Shown: positions 14,252 through 23,992, numbered from the stretch's first letter. The stretch is 41,255 bases of DNA from Candidatus Saccharimonadales bacterium (GCA_035480495.1 DATIHP010000045.1:1-41255); one strand, 5' to 3'. Made by a program: numbers and translations. Notes: a model not told the origin generated them from the sequence alone.

Positions 14252-15826
14252 TTAACTGCGGTGTTTCCTGATGACTTCTAAAACAACCACGCCGACAATG
14301 CCAAAGCTACCTAGCAGCGGCCATTCACCAACGCGTGTGTAGATGGTTTTGGCCGACAGCGAGTGGAAGCTGAAATCTATGAAGCGCGTATCGGAACCGG
14401 CTGGCCGCACTATGTAGCGCCCATCATTGTCTAGCACGAACGCCGGTGCGCCGCGGGTGGACTGTATGAATAGCCGATTGTTGGCAATAGCGTGGAAACG
14501 GGCCATCAGGATGGATTGCCTGAAGTAAGATTTGGACCCATTAAAGTCCACCAATGAAGCACTGTTGGTCAGCACGGTGGCGCCGTCGCGCGTTAGCTTC
14601 TGATAAATCGGCCGCCCCAAGATGCCAGAGCAGGCTACCGGGCCGACAATGAATTGTGGTGTGCGGTAAATGGCAGGCGGGTCGCCCTTGTAAACCCGTC
14701 TATATTCCTCAAAACGGTCGACTATATGCTGCTGACCCGTTAGCTGGTAAAAGCTTGTAAAAATATAGGGTAGATATTCGCCGGTCGGGATAAGCAGTTG
14801 CTTAGTATTATGATGTACAACCTGCCCCCGATAATCACGGAATTCCAACGTGCCGTACCACTTTTGCGTACGGCCACGGTCCACATCAACACTTATTCCT
14901 CCTATTGCGAGCCGTTGGGTAACGAATGTATCACTAAAAACAGTGGCTCCCGGGTCGAACGCTTCCGAGTATTCGGGCAGAACAATCAGGTCTTTCTTGT
15001 CTGCCGACCGGTTGCGGATGGGTGTATCGGCTCGGTAATCACTGGCCAAATCAATGCTGCGCTGCAGCACGCTGGCCGGATGTGGCGGGGCTTTACTATC
15101 AGTGCGGTTCTGCCGATTTGTCACCAACACCACCAGCAGGCTTAAAACCAACGTACTAGCCAGTACGAAAGCAAATGGATTGTATTTCCTTCTGAACAAG
15201 GCTCGCCCTAAAGCTAGGGTTAACAGCACTGTTAGAAAACTTAAGCCATACATTCCGATCAGACGGCTGAGATAGGCTAACGGCGTGTTCATAAGTCCCA
15301 ACCCAAAGCTGCCAAAATTCCAATAATCACCGATAGTAGCGCCACGACCATAAAGAAAAAGCGAGAAACCGATGCTGCGCAGCCATTCGCATAACACCCA
15401 GGCGGCTGGCAATAGCAGCCATGTGAACGGTACTGGCCGTGCCGCCAGCGGACGCAGCCGATATACTACGTAGCCAAGCGGCAACATACACAGCGTCAGA
15501 ATCACTGTCATGAGGAGCCAACTGAAGATCTGGGCGAACAATGCCATACCAGGGCCGGCGCCGATGAGACTACTGACATTGGTGTCTAGGAACCAACTCA
15601 AGACAACGGCGTGGAAGGGTAGGAAAAACCAGACCGCTAACCATAGTCCCTGGTACCAGTTAGTTTTGGGCTGTGAAGCATAATAGAACCATGGCAGCAA
15701 GGCAATGGACAGTAGCCAACCGGGCCAACCGGCTGCGAAGACAAGTCCTGCCACAGTGCCACTGAACAAAATACTGTAACTCGGAAACCGAGTGATTAGG
15801 TGGGGCACAGGCTGGTGCACATTCAT
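14252..15826 (-). CDS. lnt: apolipoprotein N-acyltransferase-like protein (polytopic N-terminus + CN-hydrolase domain)
   Basis: 524 aa with about 7 N-terminal TM helices. The C-terminal nitrilase-superfamily pattern has candidate E/K/C triad contexts LIVLPEYS, KQLLIPTGEYLPY and VACSGIL. A terminal TM helix is present. Confidence 0.6.
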   Translation of the reverse strand: MNVHQPVPHLITRFPSYSILFSGTVAGLVFAAGWPGWLLSIALLPWFYYASQPKTNWYQGLWLAVWFFLPFHAVVLSWFLDTNVSSLIGAGPGMALFAQIFSWLLMTVILTLCMLPLGYVVYRLRPLAARPVPFTWLLLPAAWVLCEWLRSIGFSLFLYGRGATIGDYWNFGSFGLGLMNTPLAYLSRLIGMYGLSFLTVLLTLALGRALFRRKYNPFAFVLASTLVLSLLVVLVTNRQNRTDSKAPPHPASVLQRSIDLASDYRADTPIRNRSADKKDLIVLPEYSEAFDPGATVFSDTFVTQRLAIGGISVDVDRGRTQKWYGTLEFRDYRGQVVHHNTKQLLIPTGEYLPYIFTSFYQLTGQQHIVDRFEEYRRVYKGDPPAIYRTPQFIVGPVACSGILGRPIYQKLTRDGATVLTNSASLVDFNGSKSYFRQSILMARFHAIANNRLFIQSTRGAPAFVLDNDGRYIVRPAGSDTRFIDFSFHSLSAKTIYTRVGEWPLLGSFGIVGVVVLEVIRKHRS

Positions 15827-15853
15827 CGTACAATTCGTGTAAAGCCTGCTAAT

Positions 15854-16939
15854 CTACTCTTGTGCAAATTCTTCGGCGTGGTAGATGCGGCCGTCCGGCG
15901 TTTTATAGGCACCGGAACCGACATAGATGTACCGGCTCTCTAATATGTTCCTTAAATGACCAGGGCTGTTGATATAGGCATCAAACAAATCATTTGAGTT
16001 ACCGGCGTCGCCAACATTCTCGCCTACTAGAATCCAGCCGCCACATTCACGGTCGACATCATCCGCCAGCGATGGGTCATGGTACAGGGTAGTTGAACCG
16101 GCCATCGCCTGCGCTTGGGCGTAGGCGACATTATTCAGACAATTCTGTCGAGTAAGGGCTGGCAGGCCGTTAAGACCCCGGACGTAGTTTGTCTTATTGA
16201 CCTGGTCATCAGCTGTGGCGGTATCAATGGTGGAGCCATTGGAAGCCGGTAGCGCGTCAGCCTTGGGACTCACTTTAGTCGCAACGTGTTGTATGAGCGA
16301 CGGGCTGTGGGCCTGACTGAGTTTGGGAATAGTAATGCGGGTCAGTTTAGAACGCGTTGTCGAGGTTGTGGCTTTTAGCTGGCAAATCGATTGTATTTTA
16401 GACTGCATCTGAGCAAGCTTAGTATCTTTGGTGCCGCCGGTATAGACAGTCCAGCCATAGTTCACCCCTTTGTCGGCCAGGATGTAGGTCTCTAGACTAT
16501 TGAGATCCACTTTCGCGTTAGCAGGCGACTTTTTAGCAACCGTCGAAAGATTCAGATTAACCAGTGCCGTGTGTAGCGCAGCGAGATCGGTCTGGCTTAT
16601 TTTGCCCACGGTTACGACGCCTAGGGAATTACCGTTGTCGCATTGCAGGCTACCATCGCCCAACACCAGATAAGATGCGCTGTATGTCGTATAGGTTATC
16701 GGCCCGGTCTTTGTGCTGCGGGTGAGTTTGCTTGGCGACTCTCGTTTATAAGCCGCTACAATGCTACTCGCATCCGTCGGATAGTCAGATACAGCAAAGC
16801 TTCTATAAAGCATAATCACGCCAACTACCGCAAACAAGATTACAAAAATAAGCGCTTTGGAGTCATGTCCCAGCCATTTCGCCAGACGGCCACGTTTAAT
16901 TGCAGAACGCTTAGCGGTCTGTCGTTTTTTTTGAGCCAT
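15854..16939 (-). CDS. membrane-anchored CAP/SCP (PR-1-like) domain protein
   Basis: It has an N-terminal basic region plus a TM helix. The C-terminal CAP pattern reads YVRGLNGLPAL...AQAQAMA...HD...GENVG...SPGHLRNIL...YVGSG. Confidence 0.75.
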   Translation of the reverse strand: MAQKKRQTAKRSAIKRGRLAKWLGHDSKALIFVILFAVVGVIMLYRSFAVSDYPTDASSIVAAYKRESPSKLTRSTKTGPITYTTYSASYLVLGDGSLQCDNGNSLGVVTVGKISQTDLAALHTALVNLNLSTVAKKSPANAKVDLNSLETYILADKGVNYGWTVYTGGTKDTKLAQMQSKIQSICQLKATTSTTRSKLTRITIPKLSQAHSPSLIQHVATKVSPKADALPASNGSTIDTATADDQVNKTNYVRGLNGLPALTRQNCLNNVAYAQAQAMAGSTTLYHDPSLADDVDRECGGWILVGENVGDAGNSNDLFDAYINSPGHLRNILESRYIYVGSGAYKTPDGRIYHAEEFAQE

Positions 16940-17010
16940 TTTGTATTCCCCTTAAGAAAAGTTAATCTTACTGCTCATAATAAGTCTTCTAAACTAATTT
17001 TGCAAAACGT

Positions 17011-18054
17011 TCAGCCAGCTGAAACCTGAACAACATTGCCGCTTGTCGAGGTAGGATTGGGTGCCATGGTTACGAAACCACATACACTGTTAGCGGCCGT
17101 TAAATCGATGCCGAATTGGTTTGTAAATTTATCTTTAATTGTTGCTTGGGCGGCAGGGGTGGCTTCAGGTCCGTTGAAGTTCCAGTAGGCAGAGAGGTTG
17201 CCGAAGTTGCGGCGTTGTCCGTCGTGCAACACAAAACCTTCGGCGCCACTGACACCGGTAGTACAGATTCCATCAGTAGCTACCCAGAGTACATCAATTT
17301 TCTTATTGCCGCTCTGCAGACCATTTTCTGTTCCCAGCACACTACCTGCAAAGTCCTGACGTTGGCCATTATGGCCACTTGCCAACCCAGAAAAGTACAC
17401 ATCGTCACCAGCTTTCAGTTGGTCGGCTGGAATCGTCATGGCTTCATGTGCAGCTAGTACGGCATCTATACTATTGCCCTCAAAAGCCCCGATAACCATA
17501 TCCTTACCTGCCGCATTGTCGGTTACCAACGCGCTCACGTAACCGAGAAAGTTCGATCCGCTTAAGGCATTGTCACGATACCCTTTATATAGACCGTGCA
17601 AAGTAGAACGTCCTGAACCGTCGGTGTTAGCTTGTCTTATATCAGCGTCAAAACAGTGCTCAGCTCCGTTAAAACCGATGGCCTTGCCCGCCGAATCGCT
17701 GATTATGCCGGCAGAACAACTTGAGGGTGTAAGTGTAGCCGTTTCGCGGGCCATGCTTTGGGCTGCTTCGGGAGTAACCGGTACCGGCACAAATCGCTCA
17801 AAGCGACCGGTTGTTTCACTACCACTAGCCTTTGGCTGGTTGGGTGTTGCGGTTGCGACGGGGCGATTGCCCTTGCCAGACCTCAAATTATCGATCGCAG
17901 CGTAACCACCGGCTGCTACAGCAAGCAGTCCGACGGCCACACCTGCAGCTATTACCCGTTTAGAACGACGTTGAGTACGGTCGGGGGAAAGTGGTTGTGA
18001 TTCGGAGTTATCTGTTTTCATATCTGTTTTTAAGGGACATGCTAATAATAGCAT
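17011..18054 (-). CDS. membrane-anchored secreted protein, trypsin-like (S1) serine protease-like
   Basis: It has an N-terminal TM anchor. Triad-like contexts are GAEHCF (His), GKDMVIG (Asp) and CTTGVSGAEGF (compare GDSGG). The motifs are divergent, so catalytic competence is uncertain. Confidence 0.4.
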   Translation of the reverse strand: MLLLACPLKTDMKTDNSESQPLSPDRTQRRSKRVIAAGVAVGLLAVAAGGYAAIDNLRSGKGNRPVATATPNQPKASGSETTGRFERFVPVPVTPEAAQSMARETATLTPSSCSAGIISDSAGKAIGFNGAEHCFDADIRQANTDGSGRSTLHGLYKGYRDNALSGSNFLGYVSALVTDNAAGKDMVIGAFEGNSIDAVLAAHEAMTIPADQLKAGDDVYFSGLASGHNGQRQDFAGSVLGTENGLQSGNKKIDVLWVATDGICTTGVSGAEGFVLHDGQRRNFGNLSAYWNFNGPEATPAAQATIKDKFTNQFGIDLTAANSVCGFVTMAPNPTSTSGNVVQVSAG

Positions 18055-18181
18055 AAATTTGCCAATTTGTAAACCATTATTATAGCGTCAAGGGATATCG
18101 CCAATTAGTGAGTGTGAATAGCCGCAATCATCGCATATAATACAAGCCAAAGCGTAAGCATTAAGAATGATGAAATAAACC

Positions 18182-19555
18182 ATGAGTAAGAAAAAGAAGT
18201 TTACCATACGCGACGCTGCTGAAGCACCGGCGATAGCCCTCGACAAAGCCATTACTTCCAGCGGCGAATTCACCAAGAAGTTATCCGGTAACAAGATGGT
18301 ACGCAGGACTGAAAATTACTGGAATAACCTGGGCCCGGGTTTGACTACCGGCGCCTCAGACGACGACCCTTCCGGTATCGCCACCTATTCCCAGACCGGT
18401 GCACAATACGGCTTCGGGCTGTTGTGGTTGTCGGTCGCTACCTTTCCGCTCATGTCCTTCGTCCAGGAGATGTGCGCGCGTATCGGATTGGTGACAGGGC
18501 GTGGTCTGGCCGGAAATATCCGGCTGCACTTCCCGCGCCGGTTGTTGATACTGTGCGCTATGCTGCTATTTGCGGCCAACGCGTTCAATATCGGCGCCGA
18601 CCTTGGAGCCATGGCTAAAGGTCTGCAGCTGTTACACCCGCAATTCAGCTTTGTCTCGCTTATCATCGGCTTTACCGTTCTTTGTCTAGCTATGCAGATT
18701 TTTATGAATTATGGGCGTTATGCGCGTTATCTTAAGTGGATGGCCTTGGTTCTTCTGGCCTACGTAGCTTCGGCATTGTTAGCCCATCTGGACTGGAACA
18801 TAGTCATCCATCATGCGTTCGTACCCTCCGTCAGATTTGAAAAGACCCAGCTTCTACTCATCTGTGCCATACTTGGCACTACCATATCGCCATACCTGTT
18901 CTTTTGGCAGACTTCCCAGGAAATAGAAGAGGAGATATTAGCCGGTAAGAAATCCGTCAGGGCACGCAGTGGTTCTAATTCCAAAGAAATCCGGGCCATG
19001 CGCATAGATGTCTGGTCGGGTATGCTGCTATCGAACATCGTCATGTTCTTTATCATTGCCGCATGCGGAGCGATTCTGTTCCCGCACGGTATCACCACCA
19101 TCACCTCAGCTTCCCAGGCGGCTGAAGCACTCCGGCCATTCGCAGGCAATGCGACATACCTGCTGTTCGCAATCGGTATCATAGGTACCGGCTTGCTCGC
19201 CATTCCCGTATTGGCTGGTTCGTCATCATATGCGCTAAGCGAAGCGTTCCGCTGGAAAGAAGGCTTGTACCGGCCCCTTAGGCAGGCCCATGCTTTTTAT
19301 GGTGTCATCATCCTGTCCATGTTGGTCGGACTAGGTATCAATTTCATCGGCATAGACCCGATCAAGGCCTTGATTTACTCAGCGGTCGCTAATGGCATCG
19401 TGGCGCCGGTGGTGTTGTGCTTCGTGGTGGCTATGAGCAGTAATAAGAAGATAATGGGCCGCTGGGTAAACCGCAAACCGGTCACGTGGATCGGGTGGTT
19501 CGTAACCGCAGCTATGGCCATGGCCGGTGTGGCTGCTATTGTTTCCCTGCTTTAG
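18182..19555 (+). CDS. NRAMP-family divalent metal cation transporter
   Basis: 457 aa with about 11 TM helices and the signature GPGLTTGASDDDPSGIATYSQTGAQYGFGLLW. Confidence 0.8.
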   Translation: MSKKKKFTIRDAAEAPAIALDKAITSSGEFTKKLSGNKMVRRTENYWNNLGPGLTTGASDDDPSGIATYSQTGAQYGFGLLWLSVATFPLMSFVQEMCARIGLVTGRGLAGNIRLHFPRRLLILCAMLLFAANAFNIGADLGAMAKGLQLLHPQFSFVSLIIGFTVLCLAMQIFMNYGRYARYLKWMALVLLAYVASALLAHLDWNIVIHHAFVPSVRFEKTQLLLICAILGTTISPYLFFWQTSQEIEEEILAGKKSVRARSGSNSKEIRAMRIDVWSGMLLSNIVMFFIIAACGAILFPHGITTITSASQAAEALRPFAGNATYLLFAIGIIGTGLLAIPVLAGSSSYALSEAFRWKEGLYRPLRQAHAFYGVIILSMLVGLGINFIGIDPIKALIYSAVANGIVAPVVLCFVVAMSSNKKIMGRWVNRKPVTWIGWFVTAAMAMAGVAAIVSLL

Positions 19556-19977
19556 CGTTGGCGTCTGCGGTGCGCTGCTTGAATTTTTGTGTGTAATTTG
19601 TGCAGGCTCTGGGGCGGGTTGTCTTTGTACATTTCATGTATGCGCTTGAACTCATCATCAAGCTCGGCAAGTTCGTCATCTGTCAGGTCTTCCAAATCGA
19701 CAAACTTATCACTGGCCGTACTGGCGCGTATCAACTCGTCCAGTTTCAGCTGCATGGCTTTGCCATCGCGGTTCTGCGTATTCTGAATTAGGAAGACCAT
19801 CAAAAACGTTACGATAGTCGTGCCGGTATTGATGACCAACTGCCAGGTATTGGAGAAATGAAACAGCGGACCGGTGATGGCCCAGACAGCCACGATAGTG
19901 AATGCCAACAGGAAGGCGCCAGCCGAACCGGTCAGGACAGATATCTTATTGGCAATCTTACGGAATAGGTCACGCAT
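19552..19977 (-). CDS. low-affinity iron permease (Fet4-like) family protein
   Basis: 141 aa. The characteristic block is NTWQLVINTGTTIVTFLMVFLIQNTQNRDGKAMQLKLDELIRA. Confidence 0.8.
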   Translation of the reverse strand: MRDLFRKIANKISVLTGSAGAFLLAFTIVAVWAITGPLFHFSNTWQLVINTGTTIVTFLMVFLIQNTQNRDGKAMQLKLDELIRASTASDKFVDLEDLTDDELAELDDEFKRIHEMYKDNPPQSLHKLHTKIQAAHRRRQR

Positions 19978-20050
19978 GATGTCTTGTTAGGATTTTACCG
20001 CTTATGTTAATTATTGTAGAATAGCACATATTAGGAACCGTAAAATATAA

Positions 20051-21748
20051 ATGCATACCTCAGTATTCGGTGAACTAAGCCTTATCATAGCTATTGCCAG
20101 CGGCATGGCGCTTATCATGCGCCTGCTCCGGCAGCCGCTTATCATCGGTCATATCCTGACCGGTATATTGGTGGGTCCGGTCGTGTTGCACCTGGTCAAA
20201 TCCGCCGATACGATTGAGATATTTTCCAATATCGGCATTGCCCTTCTGCTGTTTATCATCGGCCTGGGTCTGAATCCGCGGGTTATCCGGGAAATCGGTA
20301 AGGTAGCCGCCATCGCGGGTATGTTGCAGGTCGGTATCAGCCTGGGGTTAGGCTATGGCGCCGGTGTCATCCTGGGGTTGGGACGCACCGAAGCACTGTT
20401 CTTAGGTGTCGCCTTGTCATTTTCCAGCACGATTATCATCCTGAAACTGCTCAGCGATAAAAAAGAGCAGACGCGGCTCTATGGCAAGGTCGTCGTCGGT
20501 CTGCTGCTGGTGCAGGATATCCTGGCTACCACTGCCCTGGTATTTGTGACCGCCCATAGCGCACAGTCCGGCTTCTCAGCTCATCAGTTGCTGGTTTTAT
20601 TCATCAAAGGCTGGGCGCTTGGCGGTGCTTTGCTGTTTATCGGCAATGTCATCCTGCCGCGTATGCATCGTCTGATTGCCAGCAGCCAGGAATTCCTATT
20701 CCTGTTTGCCATTGGCTGGGGTTTTGGCAGTGCGGCCCTGTTTGAACGCGCCGGCTTCAGCCTGGAAATCGGTGCGCTGCTGGCTGGCGTCGCTTTGTCC
20801 GGTCTGCCGTATACCCAGGAAATCAGTGCCCGGCTCAGGCCTTTGCGCGACTTCTTCATCATCGTATTCTTCATATCGCTGGGCACCCGCTTGGCGTTCG
20901 GTAACCTGGCCGTGCTGATACCTATCGTCGTCATGAGCAGTTTCATAGTCATCGTGCTCAAACCGCTCATCGTGATGCTTATCATGGGTTTCATGGGTTA
21001 CACCAAACGGACCAGTTTCAAGGCGGCTATCGCTATGGGCCAGGTCAGTGAATTCTCGCTGGTATTCGTCATCTTAGGTAACCGCTCCGGCTTGGTATCC
21101 GACAATCTGGTAAGCATCGTGACTATGGTGGCGCTCGTTTCCATCGCGGCCTCGACTTATATGATTATCTACGCCGACAAATTATTCTTGGGTATCGAAG
21201 AACATCTGGAGATGTTTGAACATGGCAAGCCGCAGTTGGAGCGTGAGTCGCGGCTACATTATGATTTAGTATTGTTCGGCTATTTACGCGGCGGCCATGA
21301 GTTCCTGAAACTGTTCCGCAGTCTGGGCAAACGCTATGTGGTCGTCGATTATGATCCAGAAGTAATCGACACGCTGGAGCATCAGAAGGCCAATTACCTC
21401 TACGGCGACGCGACGGACATAGAACTGCTCGAGGAAGTCGGTCTGGAGCATAGTAAGCTCATTGTCTCAGCCATGAGCGACCATGATACCAATGTCTTTC
21501 TCGTCAAACTGGCTGAGGGTATCAACCCCGGAGCCGTTGTCATCTGTTATGCCGAAAACGCCGTCCAGGCGGAGGAATTGTACAGGCTGGGCGCCAGTTA
21601 TGTGATGGTATCCCACTACATCGGTAGTGAAAAAATCAGTTCGTTCATCCGGCGCAGCGGCCTGAAGAAAAGTGAGTTCAAGAAATACCGCGAAAAGCAC
21701 CTGGCTTATCTCCAGACACATTTTCAGTCTGCGGTCGTAGTCGAATAA
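20051..21748 (+). CDS. cation:proton antiporter (CPA2, Kef-type) with C-terminal RCK/TrkA-N domain
   Basis: 565 aa with about 12 TM helices of Na+/H+-exchanger type. The soluble C-terminal domain has a VLFGYLRGG Rossmann-like start. An extended -10 TGTAGAAT lies upstream. Confidence 0.8.
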   Translation: MHTSVFGELSLIIAIASGMALIMRLLRQPLIIGHILTGILVGPVVLHLVKSADTIEIFSNIGIALLLFIIGLGLNPRVIREIGKVAAIAGMLQVGISLGLGYGAGVILGLGRTEALFLGVALSFSSTIIILKLLSDKKEQTRLYGKVVVGLLLVQDILATTALVFVTAHSAQSGFSAHQLLVLFIKGWALGGALLFIGNVILPRMHRLIASSQEFLFLFAIGWGFGSAALFERAGFSLEIGALLAGVALSGLPYTQEISARLRPLRDFFIIVFFISLGTRLAFGNLAVLIPIVVMSSFIVIVLKPLIVMLIMGFMGYTKRTSFKAAIAMGQVSEFSLVFVILGNRSGLVSDNLVSIVTMVALVSIAASTYMIIYADKLFLGIEEHLEMFEHGKPQLERESRLHYDLVLFGYLRGGHEFLKLFRSLGKRYVVVDYDPEVIDTLEHQKANYLYGDATDIELLEEVGLEHSKLIVSAMSDHDTNVFLVKLAEGINPGAVVICYAENAVQAEELYRLGASYVMVSHYIGSEKISSFIRRSGLKKSEFKKYREKHLAYLQTHFQSAVVVE

Positions 21749-22326
21749 AGCTTATGTCTTTTTATATATCTTTGTACTGCTGGGGGCAAGCCGTCAGCAG
21801 CTTTGTCCCGCTTGAGCAGCAGACGGATAGTTGAGGAGGTTACCTCTTCATAGGCAGGGTGAATGATTTCATATCTGAAGCGCAGGTTGCGGGTCTTTTC
21901 CAGGGTGTGAAGTGTCGCCGTGAGGTCGGACATATCCCGGAGTCGCGCAGCAATCATAAGTTCGGCCACATTCACCATGGCGCCTACATGCGGCCAGCTG
22001 GCGATATGGCTTATGACGTCCGCACCGAATAGCAGCACTAACTGATAGCCCGCAAAACGGGCCTGCAATTTCGGCAATGTCTCATGCACCGTGAAACGGG
22101 CCTGTTCCAAGGCAATTATGCCATAGCGGCCTTCATGGGCAATCGCCAAACGTACCATAGCGCGGCGGTGTTCAAGCGCCCGCACACCTTGTTTGCGGCG
22201 CGGCCGGGGCTCGGGCAAGAACATGACTTTCTCTAAGCCCGCATCTAAGGCCGCCTGTGCGAAGGCGATATGGCCGTCATGAATCGGGTCGAAGGTTCCG
22301 GCAAATATACCTATTTTTTTGGTCAT
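21724..22326 (-). CDS. nadD: nicotinate-nucleotide adenylyltransferase
   Basis: GIFAGTFDPIHDGHI matches the (H/T)xGH nucleotidyltransferase motif, and a C-terminal SSTIR motif is present. I place the start at ATG 22326, which overlaps the upstream gene's TGA (ATGA). The track ORF extends to 22353. Confidence 0.85.
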   Translation of the reverse strand: MTKKIGIFAGTFDPIHDGHIAFAQAALDAGLEKVMFLPEPRPRRKQGVRALEHRRAMVRLAIAHEGRYGIIALEQARFTVHETLPKLQARFAGYQLVLLFGADVISHIASWPHVGAMVNVAELMIAARLRDMSDLTATLHTLEKTRNLRFRYEIIHPAYEEVTSSTIRLLLKRDKAADGLPPAVQRYIKRHKLYSTTTAD

Positions 22327-23792
22327 GCTGCTTTTAGTATACCTACCGCCCATGAGCCAGCTTTAGATTTTTCCCTTTTTGGCGGCTTACTTTCATGCAG
22401 TACTTTTCCGTCACAGATGTCTACTTCATATTTACAGTGTGGGCAGCGCCAACTTTTTTCTTTGACTACATCTTTTTTATTGACAGTTTCACGGCATTTT
22501 ATGCAGCGGATTTTTCCCGATTTGGAATCAGTTTCATCGTTTAATCGGTCGCTTGATTGTTCATCTGTATTTTCCTGGCCGTCTTTATTTTTTTCCTCCT
22601 GGAGGGCCCCGGGACAGGACGAAGATTTGGCAGTTTTTTCAGCATTGTGAAGAGCGGCGTCGGCTAATTCATAATTTCCTGATGCACGATGCGTACGAGC
22701 CTGTTGTATGTGGCCAGCTGCTGTTGGACCAAATACATTTGGATTAATTGACTTGTCGTCTACTGCGTTTCGCACCCCTGCTTTTTCTGATAATTTACCT
22801 AAGCGCTTGGTAGCATCCGTTGGTGTTTTAAATGTATGCCTTTCGCTAATCAGTTGGCGCCTGATATCTTCGACCATAGATTTAAGACCCGCTTGGCGCT
22901 GCCTCCAAAATTCTCTATGTTTTACATAGTCTTGCTGAGGTTTATCTTCTCCAAAAAATGTTCCCTCCGGCTCATCAAACCAAGCCACTGGGTCAACCAC
23001 ACCATTCGGCATTAATTTTTTAGGTATTAACAGGGGGGAATCTAGTATTTGAGTAGTTGACATGTTATCAAAATTTTTACCTAGTTTCTTGGCTATATAT
23101 TTGACTGCTTTTATGTCATGCCTCTCGGCTCCTGGACGCTTAACCCCTGCTACAAATGCAGATTCCAACTTTACACTGTCTTCTTGCGCCGTTGTCGCCT
23201 GCATAGCACAAGACATTGTGTCTACAAAAAAGTCTTCTTCAATCAATTCTTCTTGGGTCATATTATCCGGGACAAGTGAAAAGACGACAAAATAGTTATC
23301 CTCTAGCAGGCCCATCTCCTGGGCAATATCTTGACGATATTTATTGCGAGCCTCTGCTTGCAAGCGTTCACGCATTTGCCAGGTACGGCCAACGAAACGC
23401 AAGCTATTGCCATTTACTGAATCCAGGCTCTGGCCATGCTGTCCAAGACCGTTTTGCCCGTCTGCACGCAAGTCAACTTCCGTGATTGAGCCAGCCTTAA
23501 AACTACGCTCTATGTAATCTGCCTCAATGTTTTGATCTACCATATTTATGCCGTTCGCATCGCCAGCAGCGGCTAAGCGGATTCCTTCTAAGAGGTTATG
23601 GGAAATGCCTGGATGTTGGTCACTTTTTTTTGGCAATTCACCCGCCACTGCTAAAGAACCGTTAGCTCTCATGAGTCGTTTGGCGCGTTGTTGTGCCAGC
23701 TGGTCTTCGGGCATCGTGGGCATAACAATCACATCAGTTGCCATCCGTTCTGCGGTTGGTAATCGTTCGGCTATCGCGGCTGCTCCGGCCAT
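22323..23792 (-). CDS. orphan ~489-aa soluble protein with C-terminal CxxC...CxxC zinc ribbon and Lys-rich tail
   Basis: The track ORF runs to 23909 with a GTG start. ATG 23792 has GAGGG 7 nt upstream, and the 39-codon extension is Cys-rich, non-protein-like and overlaps a strong hairpin. The zinc ribbon is IRCIKCRET...WRCPHCKYE. I recognise no family. Confidence 0.6.
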   Translation of the reverse strand: MAGAAAIAERLPTAERMATDVIVMPTMPEDQLAQQRAKRLMRANGSLAVAGELPKKSDQHPGISHNLLEGIRLAAAGDANGINMVDQNIEADYIERSFKAGSITEVDLRADGQNGLGQHGQSLDSVNGNSLRFVGRTWQMRERLQAEARNKYRQDIAQEMGLLEDNYFVVFSLVPDNMTQEELIEEDFFVDTMSCAMQATTAQEDSVKLESAFVAGVKRPGAERHDIKAVKYIAKKLGKNFDNMSTTQILDSPLLIPKKLMPNGVVDPVAWFDEPEGTFFGEDKPQQDYVKHREFWRQRQAGLKSMVEDIRRQLISERHTFKTPTDATKRLGKLSEKAGVRNAVDDKSINPNVFGPTAAGHIQQARTHRASGNYELADAALHNAEKTAKSSSCPGALQEEKNKDGQENTDEQSSDRLNDETDSKSGKIRCIKCRETVNKKDVVKEKSWRCPHCKYEVDICDGKVLHESKPPKREKSKAGSWAVGILKAA

Positions 23793-23799
23793 ATTAAAA

Positions 23800-23820
23800 C
23801 CCTCGCTCGGTGAGCAAGGG
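23800..23820 (-). promoter_or_regulatory. terminator-like hairpin whose 3' arm contains the SD of the downstream orphan gene
   Basis: Minus-strand CCCUUGCUC-ACC-GAGCGAGGG forms a 9-bp stem. It is followed by UUUUAAU and then AUG 23792. Confidence 0.5.
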
Positions 23821-23992
23821 CTATGAATCAAATTCAACGCTCCTGCTCGGGAGACTTTATGTATGTTGTATCGGGCTTTAACCGTTGCGGCACAGCATAG
23901 GAATTTCACCTATTTCCAACAATTTTTATTAATAAAGAACCTGTGAGTAGTAGTGTAACACGGCCCATAGACGCTATATGTAGTATTTTTGT

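Noticed and set aside
18055-18181. A Mn riboswitch (yybP-ykoY) or an MntR/DtxR operator upstream of the NRAMP transporter. The sequence aaatttgccaatttgtaaac looked vaguely MntR-box-like.
   Set aside because: A TATAAT at about 18144 leaves a 5' UTR of only about 30 nt, too short for a riboswitch. The candidate box is not a convincing palindrome, and I cannot support it from sequence alone.
23793-23909. A GTG-initiated 39-codon N-terminal extension of the orphan zinc-ribbon protein (track ORF start at 23909).
   Set aside because: The extension is Cys-rich and non-protein-like. It spans a 9-bp GC hairpin plus U-tract, and the internal ATG 23792 has a properly spaced GAGGG SD.
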